Under the pieces are notes generated by a model. It was not told where the DNA came from. It worked only from the letters and a program-made list of their open reading frames with translations, and did not search any database. 45,858 nucleotides of DNA from Bacteroidia bacterium (GTDB taxonomy: Bacteria > Bacteroidota > Bacteroidia > UBA4408): the NCBI GenBank assembly GCA_044238735.1, contig JBIICS010000004.1, positions 1 through 45,858 on the forward strand, written 5' to 3'. Shown here piece after piece: positions 7,941 to 17,764 of this stretch. The stretch's first letter is position 1, and each line of letters starts with the position of its first letter. The position numbers and the translations under genes were made by a program.

Positions 7941-8645
7941 TTATTGAGTAAAATTTTCAAAAATTTCATCGATCTCTTGCTGACTCACTAAACGATATTC
8001 GGGAGAGGGCAGGAATAATTTCTCGTCTACTTCTTTTTTCTCAACAGATACAGCCTCAAATCGGGTTTCAATACCCCAACGCTTAACCTGATACTCAAGT
8101 ATTACGCCATCTATTTGATTAAACTGATTGTACCAATTGGGATTCTTAATTTGTATTTGCTTCGTATAAAAAATATCAAACGGCTCACGTTCCTCATCCG
8201 GAAATGTAACTGTAGCTTTTTTACATTTATAACCGGCTATTTCTTTAGTTTCACTCTTAAGCTCTATTTTCATTTTCGGCTCCTCAGTTAAAATTTTCTT
8301 AAGGTCCTCTTCCGAAAAAGTTATACCCTTTTGCTCGCTTAACACCTTTACTTGTTGAGTTAACGTTTTATTTTCGGGATTGGTAATTAAGCACATGTAA
8401 AAGAGCCCCATTCCGGCATTAAACTCAGATATTGTTTTATCTTTTTTAAACTTTAAAGACATTTTGTTAGGCATAATGGCCGTCATCATGTTATCTTCCT
8501 GCCCGGGATACGATACTTTAAAAGTAATTTCGCCTTCTTTTAATTTTAAAATGCCCAAATGATCACACCCGCTTATTACGAATGTTGTAACCGCAACTAT
8601 AAAAAAAGCTAAATACTTTATGACGTAAGTGAAGCCTGTGTTCAT
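7941..8645 (-). CDS. DUF4412/GLPGLI-like lipoprotein (paralog of neighbour)
   Basis: Lipobox-like ISGC; ETKEIAGYKCKK and IDGVILEY motifs. Confidence 0.78.
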   Translation of the reverse strand: MNTGFTYVIKYLAFFIVAVTTFVISGCDHLGILKLKEGEITFKVSYPGQEDNMMTAIMPNKMSLKFKKDKTISEFNAGMGLFYMCLITNPENKTLTQQVKVLSEQKGITFSEEDLKKILTEEPKMKIELKSETKEIAGYKCKKATVTFPDEEREPFDIFYTKQIQIKNPNWYNQFNQIDGVILEYQVKRWGIETRFEAVSVEKKEVDEKLFLPSPEYRLVSQQEIDEIFENFTQ

Positions 8646-8709
8646 TTTAACCCTATGGTTAAATATACAACTTTTAAATAAAATAAAGAGTTTAATCTTT
8701 ATTGCTATA

Positions 8710-10605
8710 TCAGTTTTGGCTTAACTCCTGAAGTTCAATCCACCTTTCCGTTTTAGCGTTAATTTGTTTATCCAAATTGGTAATTTGGGTAGCCAGTTCG
8801 GTTAACTTATGATGTTCGTGCATACCGGAGTTTAGCTCGGCGGTAAGCCGGCCTTTTTCAGCTTCTAATTTTTCTATTTCTTTATCAATTCCTTCCAGTT
8901 CTTTTTTTTCGATATAACTAAGCTTACGCTTAATGCTGGCACTGTTTTCAACTTCCAGGGGTTTATTTTCCTGTTTAATAAACGATTCTAACTCTTTTTC
9001 CTCAGTTTTAACTGTTTCTTCATCCCTGTACTCGCTGTAATTACCCCAAAAATCTCTTATTAGTCCTTTACCCTCAAAAACAAATAAGTGTTCTGTAAGT
9101 TTGTCCATAAAATAACGATCGTGAGATACAATAATTAAACAGCCACGAAATTTAAGCAGAAAATCCTCCAAAATTTGCAGAGTGGCCAAATCCAGATCGT
9201 TGGTAGGCTCATCTAAAACCAAAAAGTTTGGATTTTTCATTAATATCCTGCATAAATACAAACGTTTTCGTTCGCCTCCACTTAGTTTTGATACCAAAGA
9301 ATATTGCATTTCATTAGTAAACAAAAACATATTTAGTAATTGCGATGCGCTAACCGAAGTATTATTATTTAACTCAATATGTTCGGCCACTTCTTTAATC
9401 ACCTCAATAACCCGCATATCTTCTTTTAGCTTCAGCCCTTGCTGAGAATAATATCCAAAAATAACGGTATCCCCATGTTCTATCTTACCACTGCTCAATT
9501 CTTCCAGTCCCATTATTACATTAAGAAATGTTGATTTACCAACACCATTGGGCCCTACAATTCCAATTCGCTCCCCTGCTTTAAAAATATAATTAAAGTG
9601 ATCGATTAAATTTAATTCGCCGTAACTTTTACAAACGTCTTTTAGTTCAATAATTTTATTTCCTAAACGCGACATTTTTACCTGCAATTCTAATTCGCGT
9701 TCAATTTTCTTTTTGGTTGCGCGTTCTTTTAATTCGTAAAAAGCATCGATTCTGGATTTAGATTTGGTAGTACGCGCCTTTGGCATTCGCCGAATCCAAT
9801 CGAGTTCTTTACGCATGGTGTTTTGCGCCTTTTCAATTTCAGCATTTTCTATAGCTTTACGTTCGGCCTTTTTCTCTAAAAAATATTCGTAATTGCCATC
9901 GTAAGTATAAATGGTATTATCATCCAGCTCTACAATTCTATTACAAATTCTATCTAAAAAATAGCGATCGTGGGTTACAAGTAGTAAGGTAACATCACTC
10001 CGTATCAGATAATTTTCCAACCACTCAATCATGTCTAAATCCAAGTGATTGGTGGGCTCATCCATAATAATCAAATCGGGCAGATCAATTAAAACCTTAC
10101 AGAGTGCCACCCGTTTTTTTTGTCCCCCCGAAAGTTTAGTAACATCCAATTCTAAATTATGGATATTTAATTGAGATAAAATTTGTTTTACCCTTAGCTC
10201 GGCATCCCAGGCGTTGTTGTACTCCATTAATGAAGTTGCTTCTTCCAATAAACGCTGATTGGCATCATCAGGATTTGTGCTGTATTTTTCGAGTGCTACT
10301 TCATACTTTTTAACGGCCTGTAAAGTTGGAGAATCATCACTAAGAACATAATTTAGAACTGTCATAGGAATACTCATATCCGGATCTTGGGATAAATAGG
10401 CTATACGAATATCCTTTTTAAAAACCACCTTACCTTCGTCGGCAATTTCCGAACCCGATATAATTCTTAAGAGTGTTGATTTACCGGCACCATTTCGGGC
10501 CACTAAGGCAACTTTTTCACCTCTTGCAATACCAAAACTAATGTGATTAAAAAGCTTTTTTGCTCCAAACGATTTTGAGAGCTGCTCAATTGACAAATAA
10601 TTCAT
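8710..10605 (-). CDS. uup: ABC-F family ATPase (Uup/YfmR-like)
   Basis: Two NBDs (NGAGKST/LSGGQ/DEPTNHLD; GPNGVGKST/LSGGE/DEPTNDLD), no TM segments, C-terminal coiled coil KRKLSY...RWIEL. Confidence 0.9.
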   Translation of the reverse strand: MNYLSIEQLSKSFGAKKLFNHISFGIARGEKVALVARNGAGKSTLLRIISGSEIADEGKVVFKKDIRIAYLSQDPDMSIPMTVLNYVLSDDSPTLQAVKKYEVALEKYSTNPDDANQRLLEEATSLMEYNNAWDAELRVKQILSQLNIHNLELDVTKLSGGQKKRVALCKVLIDLPDLIIMDEPTNHLDLDMIEWLENYLIRSDVTLLLVTHDRYFLDRICNRIVELDDNTIYTYDGNYEYFLEKKAERKAIENAEIEKAQNTMRKELDWIRRMPKARTTKSKSRIDAFYELKERATKKKIERELELQVKMSRLGNKIIELKDVCKSYGELNLIDHFNYIFKAGERIGIVGPNGVGKSTFLNVIMGLEELSSGKIEHGDTVIFGYYSQQGLKLKEDMRVIEVIKEVAEHIELNNNTSVSASQLLNMFLFTNEMQYSLVSKLSGGERKRLYLCRILMKNPNFLVLDEPTNDLDLATLQILEDFLLKFRGCLIIVSHDRYFMDKLTEHLFVFEGKGLIRDFWGNYSEYRDEETVKTEEKELESFIKQENKPLEVENSASIKRKLSYIEKKELEGIDKEIEKLEAEKGRLTAELNSGMHEHHKLTELATQITNLDKQINAKTERWIELQELSQN

Positions 10606-10623
10606 ACCGTAAAGGTAAGGATT

Positions 10624-10654
10624 AGTTTAGAGTTTTGAGTTTAGAGTTTTGAGT
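10624..10654. repeat. Heptamer array AGTTT(A/T)G x4
   Basis: Read directly; AGTTTAG and AGTTTTG alternate. Confidence 0.85.
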
Positions 10655-10680
10655 GGTGAAAAATACACTAGTTATTTTCA

Positions 10681-10736
10681 AAAGTTGAGAGTTGAAAGTT
10701 GAGAGTTGAAAGTTGAGAGTTGAAAGTTGAAAGTTG
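10681..10736. repeat. Heptamer array A(A/G)AGTTG x8
   Basis: Read directly; AAAGTTG and AGAGTTG alternate. Confidence 0.95.
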
Positions 10737-10755
10737 TAGTTTATAGCCACCCCAT

Positions 10756-10790
10756 ACTAACTACTAACTACTAACCACTAACTACTACCC
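10756..10790. repeat. Heptamer array ACTAAC(T/C) x5
   Basis: Read directly; last unit degenerate (ACTACCC). Confidence 0.9.
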
Positions 10791-10809
10791 ACCATAATTC
10801 ATAGCCAAT

Positions 10810-10890
10810 CCTTCCAAACCTTCCAAACTTTCTAAACCTTCTAAACCTTCCAAACTTTCTAAACCTTCTAAACCTTCCAAACTCTCTAAA
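10810..10890. repeat. Nonamer array C(C/T)TTC(C/T)AAA x9 with a 27-nt higher-order unit
   Basis: Read directly; CCTTCCAAA-CTTTCTAAA-CCTTCTAAA occurs twice in tandem. Confidence 0.95.
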
Positions 10891-10898
10891 CTAACAAA

Positions 10899-12455
10899 CT
10901 ATCCTTTTGGATTTAATACGATATAAGGTATGATCATTTCTTCCATAGATACGCCTCCATGCTGGAAAGTATTTCGATAATAGCTAACGTAATGGTTGTA
11001 ATTATTAGGGTAAGCAAAAAACTTGTCTTCCTTGGCAAAAACATAGCACGAACTCACATGTTGTTTAGGAAGAAAAGCATCATGCGGATTCTTCACCTCA
11101 AACACATCGCGCTTTTCAAAGGCTAAACTTTTACCTGTTTTGTAACGCAAATTAGTATTCGTGTTTTTATCTCCTACTATTTTAGACGCCTCTTTAACAT
11201 GAACAGTACCATGATCGGTTGTAATAATTACCTTCACCTTTTTGGTGGCTAAAAACTTTAATGCTTCCTGCAAAGGCGAGTGTTCAAACCAACTTTCGGT
11301 AATAGAACGGTAAGCTCTTTCTGTATCTGCCAGTTCTCTTATTACTTCCATTTCGGTTCGAGCATGAGAAAGCATATCTACAAAATTATACACGATAGCA
11401 TTAAACTTATTCTGTAAAAGATTTGGCAGATTTTCTACCATTTTTTTTCCTGCGTTTAAGTTGGTAATTTTTGTATACGAAAACTTAATATTTTTACCAA
11501 GTCGCTTTAATTGATCAGCCAAAAAAACATCTTCAAAATTGTTTTTACCATCCTCGTCTTCATCGTTTTTCCATTGTTGCGGAAATCGCTTTTCCATTTC
11601 TAAAGGCAATAAGCCCGAAAAGAAAGCATTTCGTGCATATTGGGTTGCCGTAGGCAATATAGAACAATAAGTTTCTTCTCGTTCTATTTTGTAAAATTCT
11701 GTTATAATTGGCTGCAAAACTTTCCATTGATCAAAACGCAGATTATCGATAAGAAATAAAAATACAGTCTCATCGCCGTCTATTTCCTTTACAATGTTAT
11801 TTTTAAATAGTGTATGCGAAAAATTAGGCTTATCCGGATTTTTACCATTTAACCAATCAATGTAGTTTCGTTCTATAAACTTAAAGAAAAGTGAATTGGC
11901 ATCTGACTTTTGTGTTTTTAAAATATCTATTAAATTTTCGTCGTTAGAGTTTTCTAATTCAAGCTCCCAATAAATCAATTTTTTATAGGTCTCTTCCCAC
12001 TCTTTCCAACTTAGCCTATCGGATAGATTCATGCTAATGTTCCTAAATTCTTGCTGATAATTGGAAGTGGTTTTTTCACTCACCAAACGCTTATTGTCCA
12101 AATTCTTTTTTAAAGAAAGTAGAATCTGTTTTGGATTAACCGGTTTAATTAAATAATCAGAAATTTTACTTCCAATGGCATCTTCCATAATTAATTCCTC
12201 TTCGCTTTTCGTTATCATAATTACTGGCCAGGCTGGATGCTTAACTTTTAACTTTTGTAGGGTTTCCAGGCCGGATAGCCCCGGCATATTTTCATCCAGA
12301 AAAACAATGTCAAAATCTTGTTGAGCAGCTAAATCAAGGGCATCGGATCCGCTGTTTGCGGTAATTACCTCATAGCCCTTATCCTCCAAAAATAAGATGT
12401 GAGGTTTCAGCAAATCAATTTCATCATCGGCCCACAATATTTTAACTTTTTCCAT
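10899..12455 (-). CDS. porX: T9SS response regulator PorX (receiver plus PglZ/alkaline phosphatase domain)
   Basis: ILWADDEIDLLKPH, FLDENMPG, IDNLRFDQW, LPTATQYARNA, TTDHG, FQHGGVS. Confidence 0.95.
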   Translation of the reverse strand: MEKVKILWADDEIDLLKPHILFLEDKGYEVITANSGSDALDLAAQQDFDIVFLDENMPGLSGLETLQKLKVKHPAWPVIMITKSEEELIMEDAIGSKISDYLIKPVNPKQILLSLKKNLDNKRLVSEKTTSNYQQEFRNISMNLSDRLSWKEWEETYKKLIYWELELENSNDENLIDILKTQKSDANSLFFKFIERNYIDWLNGKNPDKPNFSHTLFKNNIVKEIDGDETVFLFLIDNLRFDQWKVLQPIITEFYKIEREETYCSILPTATQYARNAFFSGLLPLEMEKRFPQQWKNDEDEDGKNNFEDVFLADQLKRLGKNIKFSYTKITNLNAGKKMVENLPNLLQNKFNAIVYNFVDMLSHARTEMEVIRELADTERAYRSITESWFEHSPLQEALKFLATKKVKVIITTDHGTVHVKEASKIVGDKNTNTNLRYKTGKSLAFEKRDVFEVKNPHDAFLPKQHVSSCYVFAKEDKFFAYPNNYNHYVSYYRNTFQHGGVSMEEMIIPYIVLNPKG

Positions 12456-12544
12456 GTTGTTAGTTTAAATCATTTTAAAATCGGAACTTTACAAATATTA
12501 TTGTTTTTATTAATAAGAAAAATTAATTAACTAATTTTTATACT

Positions 12545-13783
12545 TTGATTAAGGCTTTCAAAACTAAAATATTTAATGACCCAATTTACGGATTTATTAC
12601 CGTTGAGGATGAGTTGATTTTTAAACTAATCGAACATCCCTATTTTCAACGTTTAAGAAGAATTAAGCAACTGGGTTTAACGCATATGGTATATCCAGGT
12701 GCTTTGCATACTCGCTTTCATCATGCAATGGGAGCAACACATTTAATGAGTGAAGCCATAGAAACCCTAAGAGACAAAGGGATAGAAATTAGTGCTCATG
12801 AGGAAACTTCTGCTAAAGCTGCTATTTTACTGCATGATATTGGACATGGACCTTTTTCGCATGCACTGGAAAACAGTATTGTAAGCGGGGTTAATCACGA
12901 AGATATATCCGATCTGTTTATGGAGGCCTTAAACCAAGAATTAAACGGACAATTAACCACAGCGATAGAAATCTTCAACGATAAATACGCTAAACCTTTT
13001 CTACATCAATTAGTTTCGGGGCAGTTAGATGTAGACCGTCTGGATTATTTAAACAGAGACAGTTTTTATACCGGGGTTTCGGAGGGCGTAATTAGTTGGG
13101 ACCGAATTATTAAAACCATTAATGTTTGTAACGATAAATTGGTAGTAGATTCTAAAGGTATTTATTCTATTGAAAAGTTTATAATTGCCCGAAGATTGAT
13201 GTACTGGCAGGTGTATCTGCATAAAACCGTACTTTCAGCCGAACACCTCCTGGTTAAAATTTTAAAAAGGGCCAAAGAGCTAATGGAAAAAAACCATCCT
13301 CTATTTGCTACTCCTGCTTTTGGCTTGTTTATGAAAAACAATTTTACAAAAACCGATTTTGAAACCAAACCTAATTTATTAAAAACCTTTGCCGATTTGG
13401 ACGACAATGATGTTTATGCTTCCATTAAAGTTTGGAAAAACGATAGCGACTTTATTTTGTCTAATTTGTGTAGTTATTTGCTGGACCGAAAATTATATAG
13501 AATCGAATTACAAAACAAACCTTTCGATAGCCAAAGAATAGAAAAGCTAAAGGAAAAGATTGGAGCCTTATACTCTATTAGCCTCCTCGAAACAGATTAT
13601 TTTGTATTTACAGATTCTATTAAAAATAGTGCCTACAATCCCGAAACCGAGAAAATTAATATTCTTCAAAAGGACGGAACCCTTATTGATATTGCAGAAG
13701 CAAGCGATCAGCTTAATATACAAGTTTTGAGTAATACTGTTGAAAAGTTTTTCCTGTGTTACCCTAAAAACCTGGTTTTTTGA
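12545..13783 (+). CDS. HD-domain phosphohydrolase (dNTP triphosphohydrolase-like)
   Basis: FQRLRRIKQLG, HTRFHH, LLHDIGHGPFSH, DVDRLDY; TTG start; usual position upstream of lpxD in Bacteroidota. Confidence 0.92.
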   Translation: MIKAFKTKIFNDPIYGFITVEDELIFKLIEHPYFQRLRRIKQLGLTHMVYPGALHTRFHHAMGATHLMSEAIETLRDKGIEISAHEETSAKAAILLHDIGHGPFSHALENSIVSGVNHEDISDLFMEALNQELNGQLTTAIEIFNDKYAKPFLHQLVSGQLDVDRLDYLNRDSFYTGVSEGVISWDRIIKTINVCNDKLVVDSKGIYSIEKFIIARRLMYWQVYLHKTVLSAEHLLVKILKRAKELMEKNHPLFATPAFGLFMKNNFTKTDFETKPNLLKTFADLDDNDVYASIKVWKNDSDFILSNLCSYLLDRKLYRIELQNKPFDSQRIEKLKEKIGALYSISLLETDYFVFTDSIKNSAYNPETEKINILQKDGTLIDIAEASDQLNIQVLSNTVEKFFLCYPKNLVF

Positions 13784-13785
13784 GC

Positions 13786-13793
13786 TAAGTTTG
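13786..13793 (+). promoter_or_regulatory. Bacteroidota -7 promoter element upstream of lpxD
   Basis: TAAGTTTG matches TAnnTTTG, 23 nt before the lpxD ATG. Confidence 0.55.
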
Positions 13794-13816
13794 AGTAAAC
13801 AGAACGTTAAAAAGGC

Positions 13817-14860
13817 ATGGAATTTAGCGCAGCACAAATAGCCGGAATGATTGGTGGAATTGTTGAAGGAGACCCTAACATTACCGTAAATACTTTAGCT
13901 AAAATTGAAGAAGGAAAACCCAAATCACTCTCGTTTTTGGCCAACCCAAAATACACCGAATTTATTTACAACACCCTCTCTTCTATTGTTATTGTAAACA
14001 AAACTTTTGTAGCCGAAAAAACAATAAATGCTACTTTAATCAGGGTAGATGATGCTTACGCCAGCTTTGCTAAATTATTGGAAGCATACTCTCAACTTAA
14101 TCGCGATAAAAAAGGGATTGAACAGCCTTCTTTTATTTCTCCTAATGCCACACTGGGCTCAGATGTTTACATTGGGTCATTTGCTTACTTAGGACAAAAC
14201 GTTAAGATTGGCAACAAAGTGAAAATTTATCCAAACTGCTATTTAGGCGATAACGTTGTAATTGGTGATAATACTACTCTTTTTGCTGGCGCTAAAGTTT
14301 ATAGCGATTGCGTAATTGGTAAGGAATGCACCATACACAGTGGTGTTATTATTGGAGCTGATGGATTTGGATTTGCACCAAATAGCGAAAATAATTATCA
14401 GAAAGTTCCTCAAATAGGAAACGTAATTATTGAAGATCATGTTGAAATTGGCGCCAATGCTACAATAGACAGAGCAACACTAGGCTCTACTATTATTCGC
14501 AAAGGAGTAAAAATTGATAACTTAGTACAGATTGCCCATAATGTAGAGGTAGGCGAAAATACGGTTATTGTTGCCCAAACAGGTGTAGCCGGTTCAACCA
14601 AAATTGGTAAAAACTGCATGATAGGCGGACAAGTAGGCATTGTTGGGCATTTAACCATTGCCGATGGTGTTAAAATTGCCGCACAATCAGGTGTTGGACA
14701 AAGCATTACTAAAGAAAATGATATTGTTCAAGGTTCGCCGGCATACAGCATTGGTGATTATAAACGTTCGTATGTTTTGTTTAGAAAACTTCCCGAATTA
14801 CAAGCCAGAATTAATGAACTGGAAAAAGAATTAAAAGCACTTAAACATATTTCTAATTAA
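13817..14860 (+). CDS. lpxD: UDP-3-O-(3-hydroxymyristoyl)glucosamine N-acyltransferase
   Basis: [29 protein letters not shown], hexapeptide repeats. Confidence 0.97.
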   Translation: MEFSAAQIAGMIGGIVEGDPNITVNTLAKIEEGKPKSLSFLANPKYTEFIYNTLSSIVIVNKTFVAEKTINATLIRVDDAYASFAKLLEAYSQLNRDKKGIEQPSFISPNATLGSDVYIGSFAYLGQNVKIGNKVKIYPNCYLGDNVVIGDNTTLFAGAKVYSDCVIGKECTIHSGVIIGADGFGFAPNSENNYQKVPQIGNVIIEDHVEIGANATIDRATLGSTIIRKGVKIDNLVQIAHNVEVGENTVIVAQTGVAGSTKIGKNCMIGGQVGIVGHLTIADGVKIAAQSGVGQSITKENDIVQGSPAYSIGDYKRSYVLFRKLPELQARINELEKELKALKHISN

Positions 14861-14864
14861 AAAA

Positions 14865-16304
14865 ATGGCAGACAAGCAAAGAACACTGGCCGGCGAAGTT
14901 ACGGTAAGCGGTGTAGGACTTCACAAAGGATTAAATGCGAACTTAACACTAAAACCTGCACCCGATAATTTCGGATTTAAATTTCAGCGTATTGATGTTG
15001 AAGGTAAACCCATCATAGAAGCAGATTGCGATTTAGTTGTTGATACTTCCAGGGGCACTACGTTAGGTAAAAATGGTGTAACTGTTAGCACTATCGAACA
15101 TGTGCTTGCTGCTTTAGTTGGTTGCAAGATTGATAATGTATTAATGGAGATTGATGGTCCGGAAGTGCCTATCTTAGACGGAAGCTCTGCTCCCTTTGTT
15201 AAAGCAATTCAAGCGGCTGGCTGCATTGAACAGGAAACAGAACGAGTATACTTCGAAATAAAAGAAAATCTTACGTTTGAGGATCACGATCGCCAAATTG
15301 AAATGTTGGCAGTACCACAAGACGATTTCAGGGTTACTGTAATGGTAGATTATAATTCACCTATATTAGGCACACAACATGCAGCCATGTATAGGCTGGA
15401 TGAATTTATAAACGAAATTGCGCCCTGCAGAACTTTTGTGTTTGTTCGCGAATTGGAAGTATTGGTAAAAAACAATCTGATTAAAGGAGGCGATTTGGAT
15501 AATGCGATTGTAATTTGCGATACAGATATACCACAGGATAAATTAGATGAACTGGCAAAACTTTTAGGAAAGCCCAGTGTTAAAGTAGAAGGTAAAGGCA
15601 TTTTGAATAATACAAAACCACTTTTCCTTAACGAACCGGCCCGCCATAAATTGCTGGATATTGTGGGAGATTTAGCCCTTGTAGGTATGCCTATTAAAGG
15701 ACATATATTAGCCGCTCGTCCGGGCCACTATGGGAACGTTGCCTTTGCCAAAAAAATTAAAGCGCTTATACAGGAAGAGAAACAAAAGAAACGTAAAGGT
15801 ATATACGAACCCTACGACTTAAACAAACCTGCTGTAATAGATATCCATGAAATACAAAAGTTATTACCCCACCGTCAGCCCTTTTTACTAATTGACAAGA
15901 TTGTGGAATTAAATGATGACTCTATTGTTGGTATCAAAAACATTACCATGAACGAAGACTTCTTTAGAGGTCATTTTCCGGATGCTCCTGTAATGCCCGG
16001 TGTATTGCAAGTGGAGGCCATGGCCCAGGTTGGTGGTGTTTTCGCCTTAAAAAGAGTACCCGATCCCGAAAACTATCTTACTTTTTTTATGAGTATTGAT
16101 AAAGTAAAATTTAAGAACAAAGTAATACCGGGAGATACGGTAGTTTTTAAATTACAATTATTAACTCCGATTCGTAGAGGTATTGTTCACATGCGCGGTG
16201 AAGCCTTTGTTAGAGAAAAACTGGTAATGGAGGCCGAAATGATGGCACAGTTAGCTAAAGTAAAATCAACTGAAACAACTGCTGCAGCAGCCTCAAGCAA
16301 TTAA
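14865..16304 (+). CDS. lpxC/fabZ: Bifunctional LpxC deacetylase / FabZ dehydratase
   Basis: GVGLH, TIEHVLAA, HKLLDIVGDL then LPHRQPFLLID, FRGHFP, PGVLQVEAMAQ. Confidence 0.97.
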   Translation: MADKQRTLAGEVTVSGVGLHKGLNANLTLKPAPDNFGFKFQRIDVEGKPIIEADCDLVVDTSRGTTLGKNGVTVSTIEHVLAALVGCKIDNVLMEIDGPEVPILDGSSAPFVKAIQAAGCIEQETERVYFEIKENLTFEDHDRQIEMLAVPQDDFRVTVMVDYNSPILGTQHAAMYRLDEFINEIAPCRTFVFVRELEVLVKNNLIKGGDLDNAIVICDTDIPQDKLDELAKLLGKPSVKVEGKGILNNTKPLFLNEPARHKLLDIVGDLALVGMPIKGHILAARPGHYGNVAFAKKIKALIQEEKQKKRKGIYEPYDLNKPAVIDIHEIQKLLPHRQPFLLIDKIVELNDDSIVGIKNITMNEDFFRGHFPDAPVMPGVLQVEAMAQVGGVFALKRVPDPENYLTFFMSIDKVKFKNKVIPGDTVVFKLQLLTPIRRGIVHMRGEAFVREKLVMEAEMMAQLAKVKSTETTAAAASSN

Positions 16305-16306
16305 TT

Positions 16307-17089
16307 ATGATTAGTCCACAAGCTTTTATTCACCCCAACGCAAAAATTGGCCCAAATGTAACGGTAGAGCCCTTTGCCACTATTTACGATAATGTAGAAA
16401 TTGGAGAAGGCACCTGGGTTGGACCCAATGCTGTTTTAATGAGTGGTGCCCGTATCGGAAAATTTTGCAAAATATTCCCGGGAGCCGTAATATCGGCCAT
16501 TCCGCAAGATTTAAAATTTGCAGGAGAAGAAACCACTGCTATTATTGGAGACAATACTACCATTCGCGAGTTTGTTACTGTTAACAGAGGAACTAAAGAT
16601 CGTTTTTATACCAAAATCGGTAACAATTGTTTAATTATGGCCTATTGCCATGTAGCCCATGACGCCGTAATAGGTAATAACGTTATCCTGGCTAACTCCG
16701 TTAACCTTGCCGGCCACGTTACAATTGAAGATTACGCTATTTTAGAGGGAATTGTTGCTGTTCAGCAATTTGTAATTATTGGAGCACATAGCTTTATAAC
16801 CGGTGGATCGTTGGTAAGAAAAAATGTTCCCCCCTATGTAAAAGCCGCCCGCGAACCTTTGTCATACGTTGGTATTAATTCGGTTGGATTGCGCAGAAGA
16901 GGCTTTACGGATAAACAAATTCTGGAAATTGAGGATATTTACCGTACTATTTATGTTAGAGGATACAATGTTTCTAATGCTTTAAGTATAGTGGAAGCAG
17001 AGGCTCCTCAGAGTGATGCCAAGGTGGCTATTTTAGATTTTATCAGGAATTCTACTAACGGAATAATGCGAGGCGTTAGTACTACCTAG
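16307..17089 (+). CDS. lpxA: Acyl-ACP--UDP-N-acetylglucosamine O-acyltransferase
   Basis: PQDLKF, IREFVTVNRGT, HVAHD, GINSVGLRRRGF. Confidence 0.97.
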   Translation: MISPQAFIHPNAKIGPNVTVEPFATIYDNVEIGEGTWVGPNAVLMSGARIGKFCKIFPGAVISAIPQDLKFAGEETTAIIGDNTTIREFVTVNRGTKDRFYTKIGNNCLIMAYCHVAHDAVIGNNVILANSVNLAGHVTIEDYAILEGIVAVQQFVIIGAHSFITGGSLVRKNVPPYVKAAREPLSYVGINSVGLRRRGFTDKQILEIEDIYRTIYVRGYNVSNALSIVEAEAPQSDAKVAILDFIRNSTNGIMRGVSTT

Positions 17090-17137
17090 CCTTCTTAATT
17101 TATATACATCTCCTGAAATAAAGTTGAAACTTTTTTA

Positions 17138-17764
17138 ATGAATATCCATTTAAATAACGTAGGGAAAAAATTTAACAAAGAATGGATATTTAAAGATGTT
17201 AACTGGACTTTTAACCCCGATGAGTTTACAGCTATAGTTGGGAATAATGGTTCCGGAAAATCTACATTACTTCAAATTATTGGCTCCTTTACCTATTGCA
17301 GTTTAGGTGAAATACGTTATGAATTTAATGCTAATACCATTCATCCTGATAAATTATATCAGCACCTTTCTTTTACAGGTCCTTATCAGGAATTAATGGA
17401 AGAACTCACTTTAGAAGAACATATCCACTTCCACCAGAAATTTAGAAAATTTAAGCCCCACATTACATCCGGTGAATTTTTAAAAATAACACATTTAGAA
17501 AAACATCGCCTTAAATCGGTTTACCAGTTTTCATCCGGAATGAAACAAAGACTAAAACTAGCTCTTGCTATTTTATCCGATACTCCCCTCCTATTACTTG
17601 ATGAACCCACCTCTAATCTGGATAACGAGAGTATTAACTGGTATAAAAATATCTTAACAACGTATTCAAACAATAGAACCGTAATTATCAGCTCCAACCA
17701 CAACAGCGATGAAATATTTATCTGTAAAAAACACTTAGACATACGTGATTATAAGAATTCTTAA
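17138..17764 (+). CDS. Single-domain ABC transporter ATP-binding protein
   Basis: GNNGSGKST, FSSGMKQR, LLLLDEPTSNLD. Confidence 0.9.
   Translation: MNIHLNNVGKKFNKEWIFKDVNWTFNPDEFTAIVGNNGSGKSTLLQIIGSFTYCSLGEIRYEFNANTIHPDKLYQHLSFTGPYQELMEELTLEEHIHFHQKFRKFKPHITSGEFLKITHLEKHRLKSVYQFSSGMKQRLKLALAILSDTPLLLLDEPTSNLDNESINWYKNILTTYSNNRTVIISSNHNSDEIFICKKHLDIRDYKNS

Noticed and set aside
10624-10890. CRISPR array
   Set aside because: Contiguous 7-9 nt tandem units with no unique spacers and no cas genes.
10899-12455. PglZ domain as part of a BREX system
   Set aside because: It is the receiver-PglZ fusion PorX in its usual context beside the HD gene and lpxD; no brxC or pglX present.
12545-13783. HD protein as an anti-phage dGTPase
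   Set aside because: It occupies the conserved housekeeping position upstream of lpxD in Bacteroidota.
14865-16304. LpxC-FabZ fusion as a novelty
   Set aside because: This is the standard arrangement in Bacteroidota.
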